A DNA stretch of 64,000 bases from Guillardia theta CCMP2712 (GCF_000315625.1 NW_005434617.1:417085-481084), one strand, 5' to 3'. Positions 37,682 through 50,318 are shown, counted from the stretch's first letter. The notes: a model not told the origin generated them from the letters alone. Translations and numbers: made by a program.

Positions 37682-38826
37682 CAGCAGCAGCAAGAAGGAA
37701 GAGGAGCAGGAGCAGAAGGAAGAGGAGCAGGAGGAGGAGCAGGAGGAGGAGGAGGAGGAGGAGGAGGAGGAGGAGGAGCAGGAGGAGGAATCTACCTTGC
37801 CCCAGACTTGAACGGCAGCAGACTCGATGTGAGCGAGGCGGGATTTGCATTCTGCCTCATCCCCCTCGTCTCCATCATCGCAGCTCATTGCCAGCACGAC
37901 AGCCGCGTACATCGGCCTGCATGACGTTCAGCTCTCCTCTGCTTCCCTCACTCCTCGTTTTCTACTTCCCATCATCAAAGATTTACGACTCCTCCCACAC
38001 ATCTATCACTGTCCCTTGCCCTCCATCCTTCTTGCCCCGTATCCTGACCCGAGTCCCCTTGCCTTGTCTTCCTCTCCCTCCTCCTCACCTCGACGGGCGG
38101 CCTGCTGCCTTGCCTGACTCCCGATACTTGTCATACAGCTGGATCGATTTCTCCACGAACTGCAGCAGCAGGAGCATAAGGAGCTGACTTAGCCCGCTCT
38201 TCCTTTCACCTTGCTTCCTCCCACGTACTTGGACGCTGCCTCGCACAGCAGGCGAATCTCCTTGTAGTGCTTCTCCGACCTGCTCGATCGCGTCAGCTGG
38301 AGAGCATGCCATGCTGAGCAAGCAAACCGGCTGCGCTTGGAGGAGGAGGAACTCTCGGGCTCCTTGTCCTCACGGGGACGCTTGATGGTCTGCTGCTGCT
38401 GCAGTTGCTGCAAGGAAGAGCAGAGGAGAAGCAGAGGAAGGGTGGAGAAGAGGAGAAGGAGGAGGAGGGAAGGAGGAGAAAAAGTCAGGAGCATACTTCA
38501 CAGGCACGCGAATGTCTCACCCCAAGGTCAGAGTTGAAGATACTCCTCTGCTGAATCGGATGCACGCACATTTGCGGTTGCTGTGCTGTCTCGATGCTGT
38601 GATGGAACGAGAGGACGCTCGGGGCGGGCTGGAGCTGGACGGGGCTCTTGCTGTCCAGGACGTTGTCGGAGGACGCCCACGAATGGGCTAACTCAGGGAA
38701 TAGGGCGGAGAGGCAGGGAGAGGCGTTCTCGTCTACAGCGCTTCCCTCCCACAGCCCTGCCCCCTCGTGCAGGACATCCACCCCAGGCTGCATCAAGAAC
38801 GAGAGAGCGCCATCGTCGTTCGCCAT
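36598..38826 (-). CDS. Divergent TFIIB/BRF-like cyclin-fold protein, multi-exon
   Basis: Exon peptides YKEIRLLCEAA..FVEKSIQLYDKY, YAAVVLAMSC, LAGKAPKTIAACTMHLYCR and KNIATSLQ-VGESTVRTNLR follow the order of the two TFIIB cyclin repeats. Confidence 0.6.
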
Positions 38827-39599
38827 GGTCCTCCTTGAGAACCCGCTGATCAGGCTGACATGAGCGTGTTCAAGTCCTCCTGCGGTCGAAATGCTATCAG
38901 TGGAGACCGTAAGGAGATGATGACTCGCTCGCAGCGATGACTAGAAGCTTCTCGAATCGTATCCTCCCCTCCCCGTCTACACACTAACACAGCCCGAGTC
39001 AAGCTACTTGATGGGATACACTACGCGGGGCGAGCAACGCAGTAGGTGTTGACGGGCTCTCAAGCTCAACCCTTGCCCTGAACAGATTCTTCCCTGTTGG
39101 GGCAATTTTCACACTCAGAGGAGAGTATATCAGAGCATGAACAACACATCAGAAGGAGGAGATGGGGCACGCCATGTGGACGATTCCTACAAGAATAGGA
39201 AGAGGCGCACTGCACAAAGGCTAGTGTCTCCACGAGTGCTGAAGGAGGAGGATGAGGAAGCTCCTGGAGCTGATTTGGAACAAGCAGGTTAAGGAATCTA
39301 GGTCTCTGCATCTTCTACAGATGGAGGCACAAGATGAGAACGCCTCGACCACTCCTTCTGCTCCTCCTGCTGCTCCTCCTGCACTATTGTGAATTACGAG
39401 CATGGAAGCGGCGCTTAAGTCTGTCCTTCCAAATCCAGTTGGCAGCAATATTTCAATGGAGTCCTCCAAATTATCAAATTATTTAAACTTCACAAAATGT
39501 TTACATAAACTGGCTCAAGATTTTCGAGCGTTCACACCAAATGCAATCAGACCAGCCAACTTAATTCAAAGTTGTAATGCAACGATTCGTCACGATGAC

Positions 39600-40870
39600 C
39601 GTGAAACGACTACCCCACCCCCATCGCTTTACCTCATCAGTACCCTTGAATCAACATTACTATCTGGGGGTGTTGTCCCTTATCGCTACCACCCACCCCA
39701 TAAGGTTGTTCAGGTCCCCACCCCCTTCCTCATGTCCCTCGTGATCATTACTACAGGTATCACATTGGAAACCAAAAGACCCTACCCCCCCCATACAAAA
39801 GCACCACTCTATTATAACCCCTACCCCATCTTCATAAGGGGTGTATTAAAGCAGACAAGCCTTCCTCATGACCCCTTTGCCCCGACTACCCCTATCCCCC
39901 AAGTACCCCCACCCTCAAAAACGAACACGGAATCCACCCCTGATATTGCTGTGCTCAATGCGTCCCCACTGTTGTAGGAGACTAGGAGACACTCCCTACA
40001 CCCCTCATGAGACAGGAGAAACAACCGGTACTCAGACAACTCTACGGCCACACACGCCGAAGGGCCTGATTTCTTGAGGCTCTAGTGTTGCAGGGTAGGT
40101 GGTTCTGAAGTCAACTTGGGGGTAGGAGAACAACAGGTGTAGTGAGGTAGGGGGGTAGGGGTAGTAGCGACGTCCGGTCCCTCCAAACGAACAGCAGGTC
40201 GTGAAGGGAGCATACATTGGTTAACCTAGGGGGGTGGGGTACCTCTCTGGTAGTTTAGGGGGATGTTGAAGGACAGGGAGAGGGTGGGGGTTCTGCATAA
40301 ATCGATTGAAATGATTTATGTTGAATGGCGGGAGATATTGGTGGGAAACCACCGGGTGGTTGAAGTATTCAAAGGGGGGTGGTAGATCAAATCGATAAAA
40401 CGATAAGGAGGGGGTGGGGGTCAGTGTAATTGTCGGATACGTATAAGGTTTTGTTGGCATTCTGACGGGTGGTGGACTCTGAGAGATTTCGAGGTGGGTG
40501 GGGTGGTGTTCATGAGAACAAGATAAGGGGGCGGTCATTTTGCCTGAGAAAATACACCGGGCAGGGGTGCTAGGGGTCCTCTTCCTATCAAATAACAGAG
40601 GGAGGGAGGATGGTGGGTAGGTAGTAAGGTGGAAATTGAGGGGTAGTAGGTGGGTGCAGTAAAGCCAGCAGGTATAAAGGCGAGGAGGCTTTTGTTTGGA
40701 ACCCTCGAAAGGACCGGTCAATATCCCACATGTCCAAGTGATGGTGTAGGGTAGGGTGATGAACCGAAGAGGCTAGAAAACGGCCAGTAACGGCACCGGG
40801 CCCGGGGCTTAGCAGGTGACTGACAGTGCGACGGGGAAACCCATGGCCCGCCCAGGCCCGAGTGATTGAC
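39600..40870. promoter_or_regulatory. TACCCC-to-GGGGTA strand-switching island plus short GC island, between divergent genes
   Basis: C-rich words at 39600-40050, G-rich words at 40090-40760 and a CCGG-rich patch at 40780-40870. Confidence 0.5.
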
Positions 40871-40912
40871 CGTTACAGTGATCCGTCAATTGTAACGGAG
40901 GGATCGGCTTGC

Positions 40913-41735
40913 ATGGCGGCTTTCTTGGATATAGATATCGGCGACGAGCAGAAGAATCAAGAGGTGGGGGAGGAGGAGGAGGGGAGGGAGGAGAGAGCAT
41001 GCGAGAAAGGGAGGGGGAGATGAGCTATGGGAGAGAGGGAGAGAGTTTGGTGGGGGATGGGGGATGATAGATGGAACGGGATGAAGAAAAGAAGTAGAAA
41101 TGAGTACAAGTGAACCATTGAACGTGAATCTCACGTTGAAGGCTCATGGGAATTAGGGGGGATGGTTGGTTGGATGGTCGAGGAGCTGACTGACGTGATG
41201 TCGTGTACGATGAGTTTAACTGAGTTTCTCTCCCTCCCTCCTCCCTCTCCCTCCCTCCTTCCCTCCCTCCCTCCCTCCCTCCCTCCCTCTTTCTCTCTCT
41301 GCAGGAGGTCGGAGAATGGGAGCGGGCATGCAGGTTTGGAGGGTGAGGGAGGTTGTTGCTGTGGAGATGACGTCCTTTCCTCGCCATGGAAGGTTCCTCA
41401 AGACCAGCGGGAAGCAGTATGGGTAAGCAGCCTGTCGTCTCCTGACGTCTCCGTTGACCTGCGGGCAGGCTGGTGGGAGAGACTCCGTCGGATCTGGATG
41501 ACGAAGGGAAGGAGAGCATGTTAGAGGTTTTGTTGTCTCTCAGCTTACGGGGGAGGAGAGGGGCTGAGAGGTCGCTGCCAGATGTACAAGACAGACCCCA
41601 TGAGCTCCGAGGGCCCGATCCGCTCTGCTCCTCCTCCCTCCCTCCGCGCGGGAAGATTGGTGAGTGAAGGTCATCGAGATGTTGGTCGTGAGGAGGACGA
41701 GTCGATGACGCCGACGTTGGGAAAGGAGGGAAGAA

Positions 41736-41797
<62 letters not shown>

Positions 41798-43485
41798 ACA
41801 GGAGCAGGAGCAGGCGCGAGGAGCAGGCGCAGGCGCAGGAGCANNNNNNNNNNNNNNNNNNNNNNNNNNNNNNNNNNNNNNNNNNNNNNNNNNNNNNNNN
41901 NNNNNNNNNNNNNNNNNNNNNNNNNNNNNNNNNNNNNNNNNNNCCCCCCCCCCCCGCCATCGCTAACTTCCTCCAACTCCTCTTACTTCTGCAAGTCTCC
42001 CTCCTCCTCTCATACTCTCTCTCCCTCGTTTCTCCTCCTCACGATCCCTGTCCTCTTCGTCTTCCTCTTCCTCTTCCTCTTCCTCTTCCTCTTCCTCTTC
42101 CTCTTCCTCTTCCTCTTCCTCTTCCTCTTCCTCTTCCCGTTCTTCTGGCACTCATTTGCATGTTGTATTCACGTCTTTCTCCTTTTCTCTCCTTCCCTTG
42201 GTTCCTTACCTTCTCTCTCTCCTTCTCCCCTCCCTCCGTCCCTTCCGTCCTTTCTTCCTTCCTTTCTCCTCTTTTTTCCCCCTCACTGCTCCATTCCCAC
42301 CTTCAGGGTTGTCCCTTCCATCGCATTCAGACGGGTGAACAATGTTTTTGTTCGGGAGGAGGAGAAGGTTAAGGACGTTCTGCAGGATTCGTGTGCCAAG
42401 GAGGAGACGTGACGCGATTCGATGGTGAGGGGAGGAAGGGGAGTAAGGAAGAGGAGAAGAAAGGAGGTGGAACGCATGTGAGCACGAGCTCGCAACCAAG
42501 GAAACTCGAAGGAGGGGAGGAGGGAGGGGCAGGGAAGGAGCGGATTGGTCTGGGAGGAAGGAGGAAAGAGGAAAGATTGTCTTGTAGGAGGAGGGTGAGA
42601 AGACGGCAGGTTCCGGAGGGGAATCAATCTACGGCAAGAAGTTCAACGACGAGAAGGACGGGATGAAGCTCAAGCACGACAGGGCAGGTGGACAAGCTTG
42701 AGAGGAGGGGAAGAGGAGGAAGAGGAGAGGAGAGCAGAGGAGGGGAGGGAAGAGGAGAGGAGAGGAGCAGGAGGAAGAGAGGTTCAGGAGTGATTGGAGG
42801 ATGAAGGTGTTGTGGCGATGGCAAACAGCGGAAAGAATAGCAACTCATCGCAATTCTACATCACATTGGATAAGGCTCCTCAGGTCCTCCCCTCCCTCCC
42901 TCCATCCATCCATCCATCCATCCATCCATCCCTTCCTCTCTCCCTCCCTGTCTCCCCATCCCCAAATCCCCTGCTGTCTTTCACTTGCCCTATTCTGTCT
43001 TGTCGTTCTGCTTGACCCTCATCATTGACATGTCCGGCAGTGTGACGGGAAGTATGTCGTCTTCGGCAGAGTTCGGGTCACTTGCTCTCTCCCCATCCTT
43101 TTCTTCTGCTCCCATGCCCCTTGCCCCAGTCATCCTACTCTCCTCTCGGTCCTCCCCTTTCCTTTCTGTCCTGATACTCCTCCCCTCTTTCTCCTCCCCC
43201 CTCAGTTCCCCTCTGTCCTCTTCCCAACTCCTACCTTTCCTCTCTCCTCCCTTCTCTCTTCTCCCTCCTCCTTCTCTCTCTCCTCCCGTCTACCTTTCCC
43301 CCCGATCCTCCCCATCCTCATCATCGTAGCAGGATGATTGCCTGCATGTTCTTGAAGCCATCGCTGCATGCAGCAGCCCCGATGGCACGCCAAAGGTTAT
43401 TCAGCAACCCTGCACGCGCCTCGTTTCCTCCTCCTCTCCTCCTCTCATTTTCGTCTCCCATGTTTTTCACCGTCGTATTGTCAGT

Positions 43486-43544
<59 letters not shown>

Positions 43545-43682
43545 TCGTTCTTGCTCGTATCAACTACTTCACATCCTATCTCCCTCCACTTTCCCCTCGC
43601 CTCGCCTCTCCCTTATCATCTCTCTCTCTCCTCATCCCTTGTGCAGGACCGGGTTGTCATCGCTGACTGCGGGCTGCTGTAA
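40913..43682 (+). CDS. Cyclophilin-type peptidyl-prolyl cis-trans isomerase, multi-exon (spans gap)
   Basis: FLDIDIG..AGRL, GCPFHRI, FVCQGGDVT, GGESIYGKKFNDE, GVVAMANSGKNSNSSQFYITL, CDGKYVVFGRV and VVIADCGLL*. Confidence 0.93.
41844..41943. other. Assembly gap (100 N)
   Basis: Run of N. Confidence 1.
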
Positions 43683-43895
43683 GAGAAGGAGAGAGAGAGG
43701 AAGAGAAGATAGTTAAGAGGAGAGGAGAGTTCAGAGGAGAGGAGAGTCAGGAGGGGAGAAGTTTCTGAGCATCATGGTTTATTCATCTCAACACAATTCG
43801 ATGCAACAACAAACTTGCGCATCAAGACAGTGAAAAATTCTCCCCGCACATAACGCAGGGGGCAGACAAACTCCAACATCAACATATCTGTGAAT

Positions 43896-44909
43896 TTACA
43901 TGGCAAACCTTTGGAGGACCGTCGCTTCTGCTCCCTCCTCCTCCTCCTCCTCCTCCTCCCTCCTCACCCTCCTCCTCCTCCCTCACCCTCCTCCTCCTCC
44001 CTCCTCACGACTCCCTCCCACTCTCCCCCTATCCTTCGTACCGCTGAGCTCCTCCACCTTGGGTGCTCGCATCGACATCTCGTACAGGAAGAACTTGAGC
44101 TCGAGATACTTGCGACTCCCCGTCCCCACCTCCTGGATCGAGTAGCGGCCCTGCAGCCAGGCGGGAGGCAGCTCAAGGGGCTCGAGGGGAGGAGGACGAG
44201 GGTTGCCGTCGGGGTCGATGTACCAGAATACCCGATCATGCTGGAGGCAGTTGTTGTCCGCGCAGTTGACCACCCCCCGCAGGTGCTTGCAAGGGGAGAA
44301 GTACCCCACCTCCAGCTGTAGCTGCCGGTACCAGGAGTACATCCTCGCTACCCGCGGGATCGGAACCTCGATGCATCCCGTGCTCGCCCTCTTCGCTGCC
44401 TTCCTGAGCTCGAGCCGGTAGATCGCTCCTGTCCCACACGAGCTCACGATGGGATCGGGAGCGATGAGGAAGGGAAACATCCCCTCCTCCTCGTTCCTGC
44501 AGCACCAGGAAGGATCCTTGCAGAGGATCCCCAGAAAGGGATTTGCATCCTTGGAAGGCTCGACGACGGCATGCTCCGGCAGCTGTCGCTTCAGCCATGG
44601 GACAAGGAGCGGCTGTGCAAACTTGTGGAAAAAGGAATTGACCTGGCAGAGGAGGTCGAACCGAACGTCTTCGTCACTGTAGGACACGAAGACGTACTGC
44701 AGAAATATTTCCATAGCAGCTTCCTTGGTTGATCTTGACTTGTCCTTTCCTTGAATGCAACGCGAAGCCATGGAGACTTCTTGTCCTGCCCCTTGCGAGA
44801 CTTTGTTTGTTTTCCCTCCGCCGCGAACAGCACAGCTCGCAAACTTGCAGGAATCCATGCGTGAGCTAGAGGACCTGCAGCACTGAGACATCACTGACGT
44901 GCTATCCAT
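43896..44909 (-). CDS. Hypothetical protein with possible F-box-like N-terminal segment
   Basis: A 308-aa frame with globular composition. IFLQYVF..LLCQVNSFFHKFA weakly resembles an F-box. The start and last exon are uncertain. Confidence 0.55.
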
Positions 44910-45189
44910 CCCCGCGGTTCACTTGCAACAACCTGCACCACCTGATCCTCCCGTGCTCCCACAAACTCGCGCAACGATCGTCGGAAGGCCTCTATGGAAC
45001 AGACTCGACTGAGAACACGATAGGAGAGCTCACCAAGATAGAGTGATGTCAAGTCAGCACAGACATGTGAAAGAATCTCCTTCCTTCCCTCCTTTTTCTT
45101 CTCTCGTCCTTCGCTCTTGTTCCTCCACTGTCGCCATTGCGCCGCCCCCTGTCACGTTACGTTTCCCTTAGAGAGAGGAGGTCCTAGGA

Positions 45190-46560
45190 AGGAGCTAGGA
45201 AGGTGCTATCTGGTCTTAAAAATGCTCAGTATTCCCCTAGGTTTCCTAAGACCCCTATGGCATCTTCTAAGTGATTCTGAGTAGGACCCTAGGACCTCAA
45301 ACTGTACCTTAGCCTCCCTCTCAGTACCCCTCTTCTTACCTCCTTCTACCCACCCATTTCGATCACCACCACCCCTCTTCACGAAGAGAAGTAGAAGGAC
45401 CCTACCCCTGTGCGTCCTTCCCAACCACCGATGTCGACAGATTGTGATCCGCCCGCTGAGACCACCCGGTCAAGGAGTACCCCTACCCACCATCATCATG
45501 GATTCACGCGTGATTTGAATGGAATTTCGAGGGTCCTCGACACCAAAGGATGACCCCCTGTACACCCCCACCCCCAATGGTATGCGACTACCCCTGTAAG
45601 ATGAGCCCCCCCGGTTCGCTGCACTGCTGCCACCTGAGTCTCATAGTTCCAGCTCCAACAATCATAACTGCCGATACCCCACCACCTCGTAAATGGCGAG
45701 TCAGTGATTTTAACACGTCTCAGGTGATCCGACTTGCAAACGCATCCCGGAGTCCGGTCCAGGATCTTTCGTCAGCTCAAGGCCGGGCCTCCCTCAGTGT
45801 CCTACGCTGCCATCATCGCGGGTGCATTCCGGTATCATGCGGCGTCTCATTCCTTCGGCGGCGGCCACAGCGCGTAGTAATTGAAGGTATCAAATAAGTT
45901 TGGGAGACAGCAGTCGGCAAGATTGGGTTTGGTTCTCGCTGTCTTTTAAAGAGTCCGAGTCTTCTGCGGCCGTTTGGCCTGCCACAGTGTGCGATAGTGT
46001 CAGGCCCCGGCGAGGGTCAAGCCCGGGCGGCCTCCTGACTCTCCTCAGTGTACTCAGTCACTGCGGCTGAGTGACGCGTGACTCCGAGTCGGCATCCGAG
46101 GCCGGGCCGCCCGGTACTTCATACGGGCGGCCGCGTGGCATCATATGATTGTGACCGTCACGGCGTACAAGTCTGACTTGAACAAACTTGCTTGTACTCC
46201 GTCACGGGGCACTGTGGCAGGCGCTGAAGCCTGGCGGCCAGCGCCCGGGCTCCGACGGCCGGGCGGCGCGCCGGGTCCCGGACTCGGACTGAGTCGGGGA
46301 GTCCGACTTGGAGTCCGAGCCGACGGCGAGCCTCGGAGTGTTTCACCGGCCCCCGGCTCCGGGGGGGCCCTTTACTGTTACTCAAAGTTAAGCCTAAATC
46401 AGTACGAGGGCAATCAATCAAGTCACTTCAAAAGATGTGGGTACCCCCACCTCTTTTTTCACCCACCATACTACCCCCTCAGCATATAGCTCCAAGGTCC
46501 GACTGGGGTGAAGGCGGAGGGTCGACAGGGTGGTGGTAGAGGGCAGGGGTGGTCGATGAG
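45190..46560. promoter_or_regulatory. Composite island: TACCCC arms around a CCGG/GAGTC GC core with dispersed-repeat fragments
   Basis: TACCCC words at 45190-45700 and 46435-46560, GC core at 45740-46370, repeat copy C (-) at 45882-46045 and copy D (+) at 46378-46416. Confidence 0.55.
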
Positions 46561-46989
46561 CGTTACTGCCATAGCGATGACAGCAGGGGCAGACATGGTT
46601 GTAAGGAGGAAGGGAGTATGAAGTGCAGGAGAAGGGAGAGCGGGAGCAGGAGAAACATCGAGATGGGGTTGCAAGCGAATGGCAGAGCATGAGATGATCC
46701 GATGATGAAGGATGCGTGTCGAGATAGAGGAGGTGATGTAATATGCTCCGGTTGTTTCAAGGAATCCATAAAGAAGTGCTTCAATGGGTTAGGGACAAGA
46801 GGAAGGGAACGAGCACAGCTATCTTCTTTCTGACATTCTCCTGCAGTCATTATGTAAAGTGCAGACAGTCCATCAGGAACGTACATCCGAATTTAGTGCT
46901 CGACGAAGGTCAGGTCGGAACGTTTATCTGAGTTATGAATTTGTGGAGCATTCTATCTGGTCAGCAACCGATGTAAGACTTCATGCAGC

Positions 46990-47619
46990 ATGTTAGGGTT
47001 GCGATCGATGCAGTCTATGGCATACCATCCGGACAGTAGAGCTCAAGTCTCGTTGTCTAGTCTAACCAAGATGTCCATGTTTCAAGGGAGATCAAGCTCT
47101 CCTGTGAAGGGATCCATATCGACCAATTTTTGTGAGAAGTGCAAGACCAAGACGATGGGCAAGCTTCAATTCCCATGCGGACGGGTGGTGATTCTTTGCG
47201 AGAAATGCGCATTGAGCTTCTTTGATGTTTTGGTTTTGAAATCGTCTGCAAAGAAGGTGGTTTGGGACACGTCGGGTGGCTCGCAAAGGAGCTCGATGAA
47301 AGTGACGGAGGAGGGGGGTGCCGCAGCTGCAGGTCAAGCGAGCTTCAATTGGCTGCGACAGAAACAGCAGGAGGGAGAGATTAAGCTGCCGGACAACCTG
47401 AAAAGCTCGTACCAGAAGAACCTCTCCTCCACCATCTATCCCTCCAAGGGGAGAAGGCAAGCGACTCTCGTCTGCAGCATCGGTGTGACCATAGCGACTT
47501 GCTGCAGTCAACTCGCAGGCATCGGCAGACGAGACGGGCCCCAAGGCTCGAGAGATACTCTCATTCCAGCTCACCTGGCTCGAGGTTTGCCCGGGACTAG
47601 ATTGATTCCCACCATCTGA
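46990..47619 (+). CDS. Hypothetical protein with a possible 4-Cys zinc site
   Basis: 209-aa ORF containing CEKC...C...CEKC. Confidence 0.45.
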   Translation: MLGLRSMQSMAYHPDSRAQVSLSSLTKMSMFQGRSSSPVKGSISTNFCEKCKTKTMGKLQFPCGRVVILCEKCALSFFDVLVLKSSAKKVVWDTSGGSQRSSMKVTEEGGAAAAGQASFNWLRQKQQEGEIKLPDNLKSSYQKNLSSTIYPSKGRRQATLVCSIGVTIATCCSQLAGIGRRDGPQGSRDTLIPAHLARGLPGTRLIPTI

Positions 47620-48481
47620 CAGAAGAGATTATAGAGAATTCTTCGATCTTGAAATCTATCTCAGATGTAAAGCATTCATTCTCTCGCTGTCGATATGTCA
47701 TTCGGCTGAAGTTTGAAACATTCCAGTTCGAAAGAAGACAATCAAGATACGGGTTGAAACTTTCACTTTCAACCGATCAAACTCATTCCAAGGTGTGAGT
47801 TGATGAATATTGGTGGACATATGGGTTTGACTGCTCGCTTGTTCAGGAACCCTTGGTGCAGTCGTCTTATCTGCTAAGACTTCACTGAGTGACATGCAGC
47901 AAACGGGAAGAAGTGCGGACAGAGACAGAAAACCCGGTGCTACAGGCAGCATGGTAATGCGAGCGAGCTGAGACGAGAGTCTGCGATGTCAAGGGATGGC
48001 AGGGGATGAAATCCAAGGAGGCGAGACGATCATCGGCAATCACTACAAGCAGCAAGGGGTTGGAAAAAGAAGTTCACATGGGAACACCGATCATCGTCCC
48101 TCCGACATACTCCTCGTACACTCTTGCAAGCTTGCTCGCCCCTTGCTGACTTGACTTGTAGGCTAAGCACTTCCAACGCCTTCCCCTCCATCTTTAAAGG
48201 TACCTCTCTCTCTCTGATCCCATGACTCATTCTCTTGCCCTGTAAGGCACAAGCTCTCCTCTGAAGAACCTCAGGGTCTGATTGAAGCCTCTCACCTCCA
48301 CTCCCTCGTCTCCTCTCTTCTTTGTTCTTACCTTCACTTTCTTATTCTTCCCCATTTTTTCTTGTGCTTCACACATTCCTCTCTCATTGGGAAGGGAATT
48401 TTGCGCTGTTGTTTATGAATCATTCTTTCATGTTGAAGTGTTCCTCTAGCCTTCCACTTGAGTCTGCACATCAAAGGAGAG

Positions 48482-50318
48482 TCAGATCGTGCCGTAATGA
48501 TTCGAAACATCTAACACCTTAGAAGACCGAAACTCGTTGTCAAAGAAATCTTTGCGTAGCCTCTCACGACCTGGATCTTCGGGAGCAGCGGCCTGTTTCT
48601 GAGTCCTCGGCTGATTTTCTTTCTTCTGCTTGTCGTCAAGGGAGAAGAATTGCAGCAGCGACCCAGCAAATTTCATGACAGACTTGGTGATCTCATGCTC
48701 TGCCTGCGGGTCGTCGGGGCTGGGAGATTCTTTCCGCAACATCCTCTCCAGGGAGGAGTTGGACTCCTCATGCATCTCCTGCAGCCTCCTTGCGATCTCT
48801 TGCTCTGCCCGATGCAAGTCACTGAGACTGGAGATCAGCCAAGCTGCACTCTGATACTTCTCTCTGCGTTATACTGCTCAGCATCGGCAAAGCACTCTTC
48901 CCTCACTCCCACAGCGGTTCTATCTGTTGGCAGACGGTGAGTTTTGACATCATGATTACTTTGTGCTCGACCATTGTTGTATTTGAGGCACAAGAGCAAA
49001 CTATGTACAGAAGCTTCATGCTCTTTCAGGTCCTGTTCACATCTCAGGGAACGAAATGCGAGAGTGGAGTTAGTGTCAAGAATACTTGTGATGTTACAAT
49101 GGGGGATGAGCCACACGCCGCAAATGCTCTTTGCTCTTTCAACCTCTTCAACTCCATTGCCACTCGCTGATGCTTGTTGCGAACCTTGTTGCGTAGTCAC
49201 ATGAGTATGCTACCCTCATAGCAGTACACAAGGAAGAGAGTACCTCAATGCAGTATTCCTCAAGGTTTTCAACTTCCCCTAGCTCGTTGTCAGGGAGCTC
49301 TACAGGTTTTTGCTGCTCAGGCTTGTGCATGTTGATGCTTTGACAAGGTTCTGTATCGACGAGGCACATCATACCTACCCAGCGTCTGACTGTTTGGTTA
49401 GCAAACGCGATGGCAAAGAGCTTGTCAAGTTCCCACTCCTGCATATCCCAGCGGGTCAACATCAGAAGAGCGGCTGAGGGGGCTCACCTCAAGGAACTCC
49501 TGGTAGTCGCGCAAGTCTAGCTCTGATGGCACCAACATGTCCGACTTCTCCACCTCTACTTGCAACACGCGACACAACTGAAGCAGCACCGTCACTGGAA
49601 TCCGAATGCACACAATCATACCTTCAACAGCCTTTCTGACGTCGTCGTAATGATTGAAGAGAGCAGGGAATGGATCGGTGTCTGTTTGTGTTGATGTTGA
49701 TACCAGGAGAAGAGATCCTCCAGTCTTTCATTACACGGTCTGTTTCCTACATCATCTCACGTCATTTCATCCTTCCTTCAGGTGGAATTTGCTGACCCCA
49801 AAAGAATTTTGACAGCTGATTGTCACAATCAGAAACGAGTCCGTCGCCGTCCTGATCCATCAACTTGGATGTGTGAGGAGACATGCATTTCATCTCAGTG
49901 TAGAGCTTACCGCGTTCAACACACGCATGTCCCCTTCTTCTGCTGTGATGAGCTTTGAGTGCTGTGGCGAGAGCAGATCCACTGGCCGATCAGGGTCCAG
50001 CTCATGCCTGCGCGCTGCATGGGCAATGAGCTTGTTGAGGGCGAGGAGCTGAGACGGCGAAACGAGAGTCCTCGCCATGTTCAGAGTGATAGGCGAAGAC
50101 GAGGCCGACTGAGGATAACTGTCGGGGAAGGGACGCCAAGCAACTCTCGCAGGAGCGGTTGGCGGGGAAAGAGAGAGCAAGGCGTGGACAGGGGAGTGAC
50201 GGATGGGAGGAGACGGAGGAGGAGAGGAGAGATCAGGACGGGGAGAGGCCTGGTCCCAGTAAGTTGGAACCGAAGCTGCCAGCGCCGGAGGAGGAGGGGA
50301 GGGAGAGCGAGACGACAT
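48482..50318 (-). CDS. Multi-exon hypothetical protein with EF-hand-like motif
   Basis: Chain of short minus-strand exons, with LMDQDGDGLVS at ~49835-49865 and a coiled-coil C-terminal frame at 48482-48817. Confidence 0.55.

Noticed and set aside
39100-39400. Possible small spliced gene
   Set aside because: No single consistent exon chain could be established.
39402-40721. Pro/Tyr/Thr-rich ORFs in TACCCC islands
   Set aside because: Translation by-products of the repeated words.
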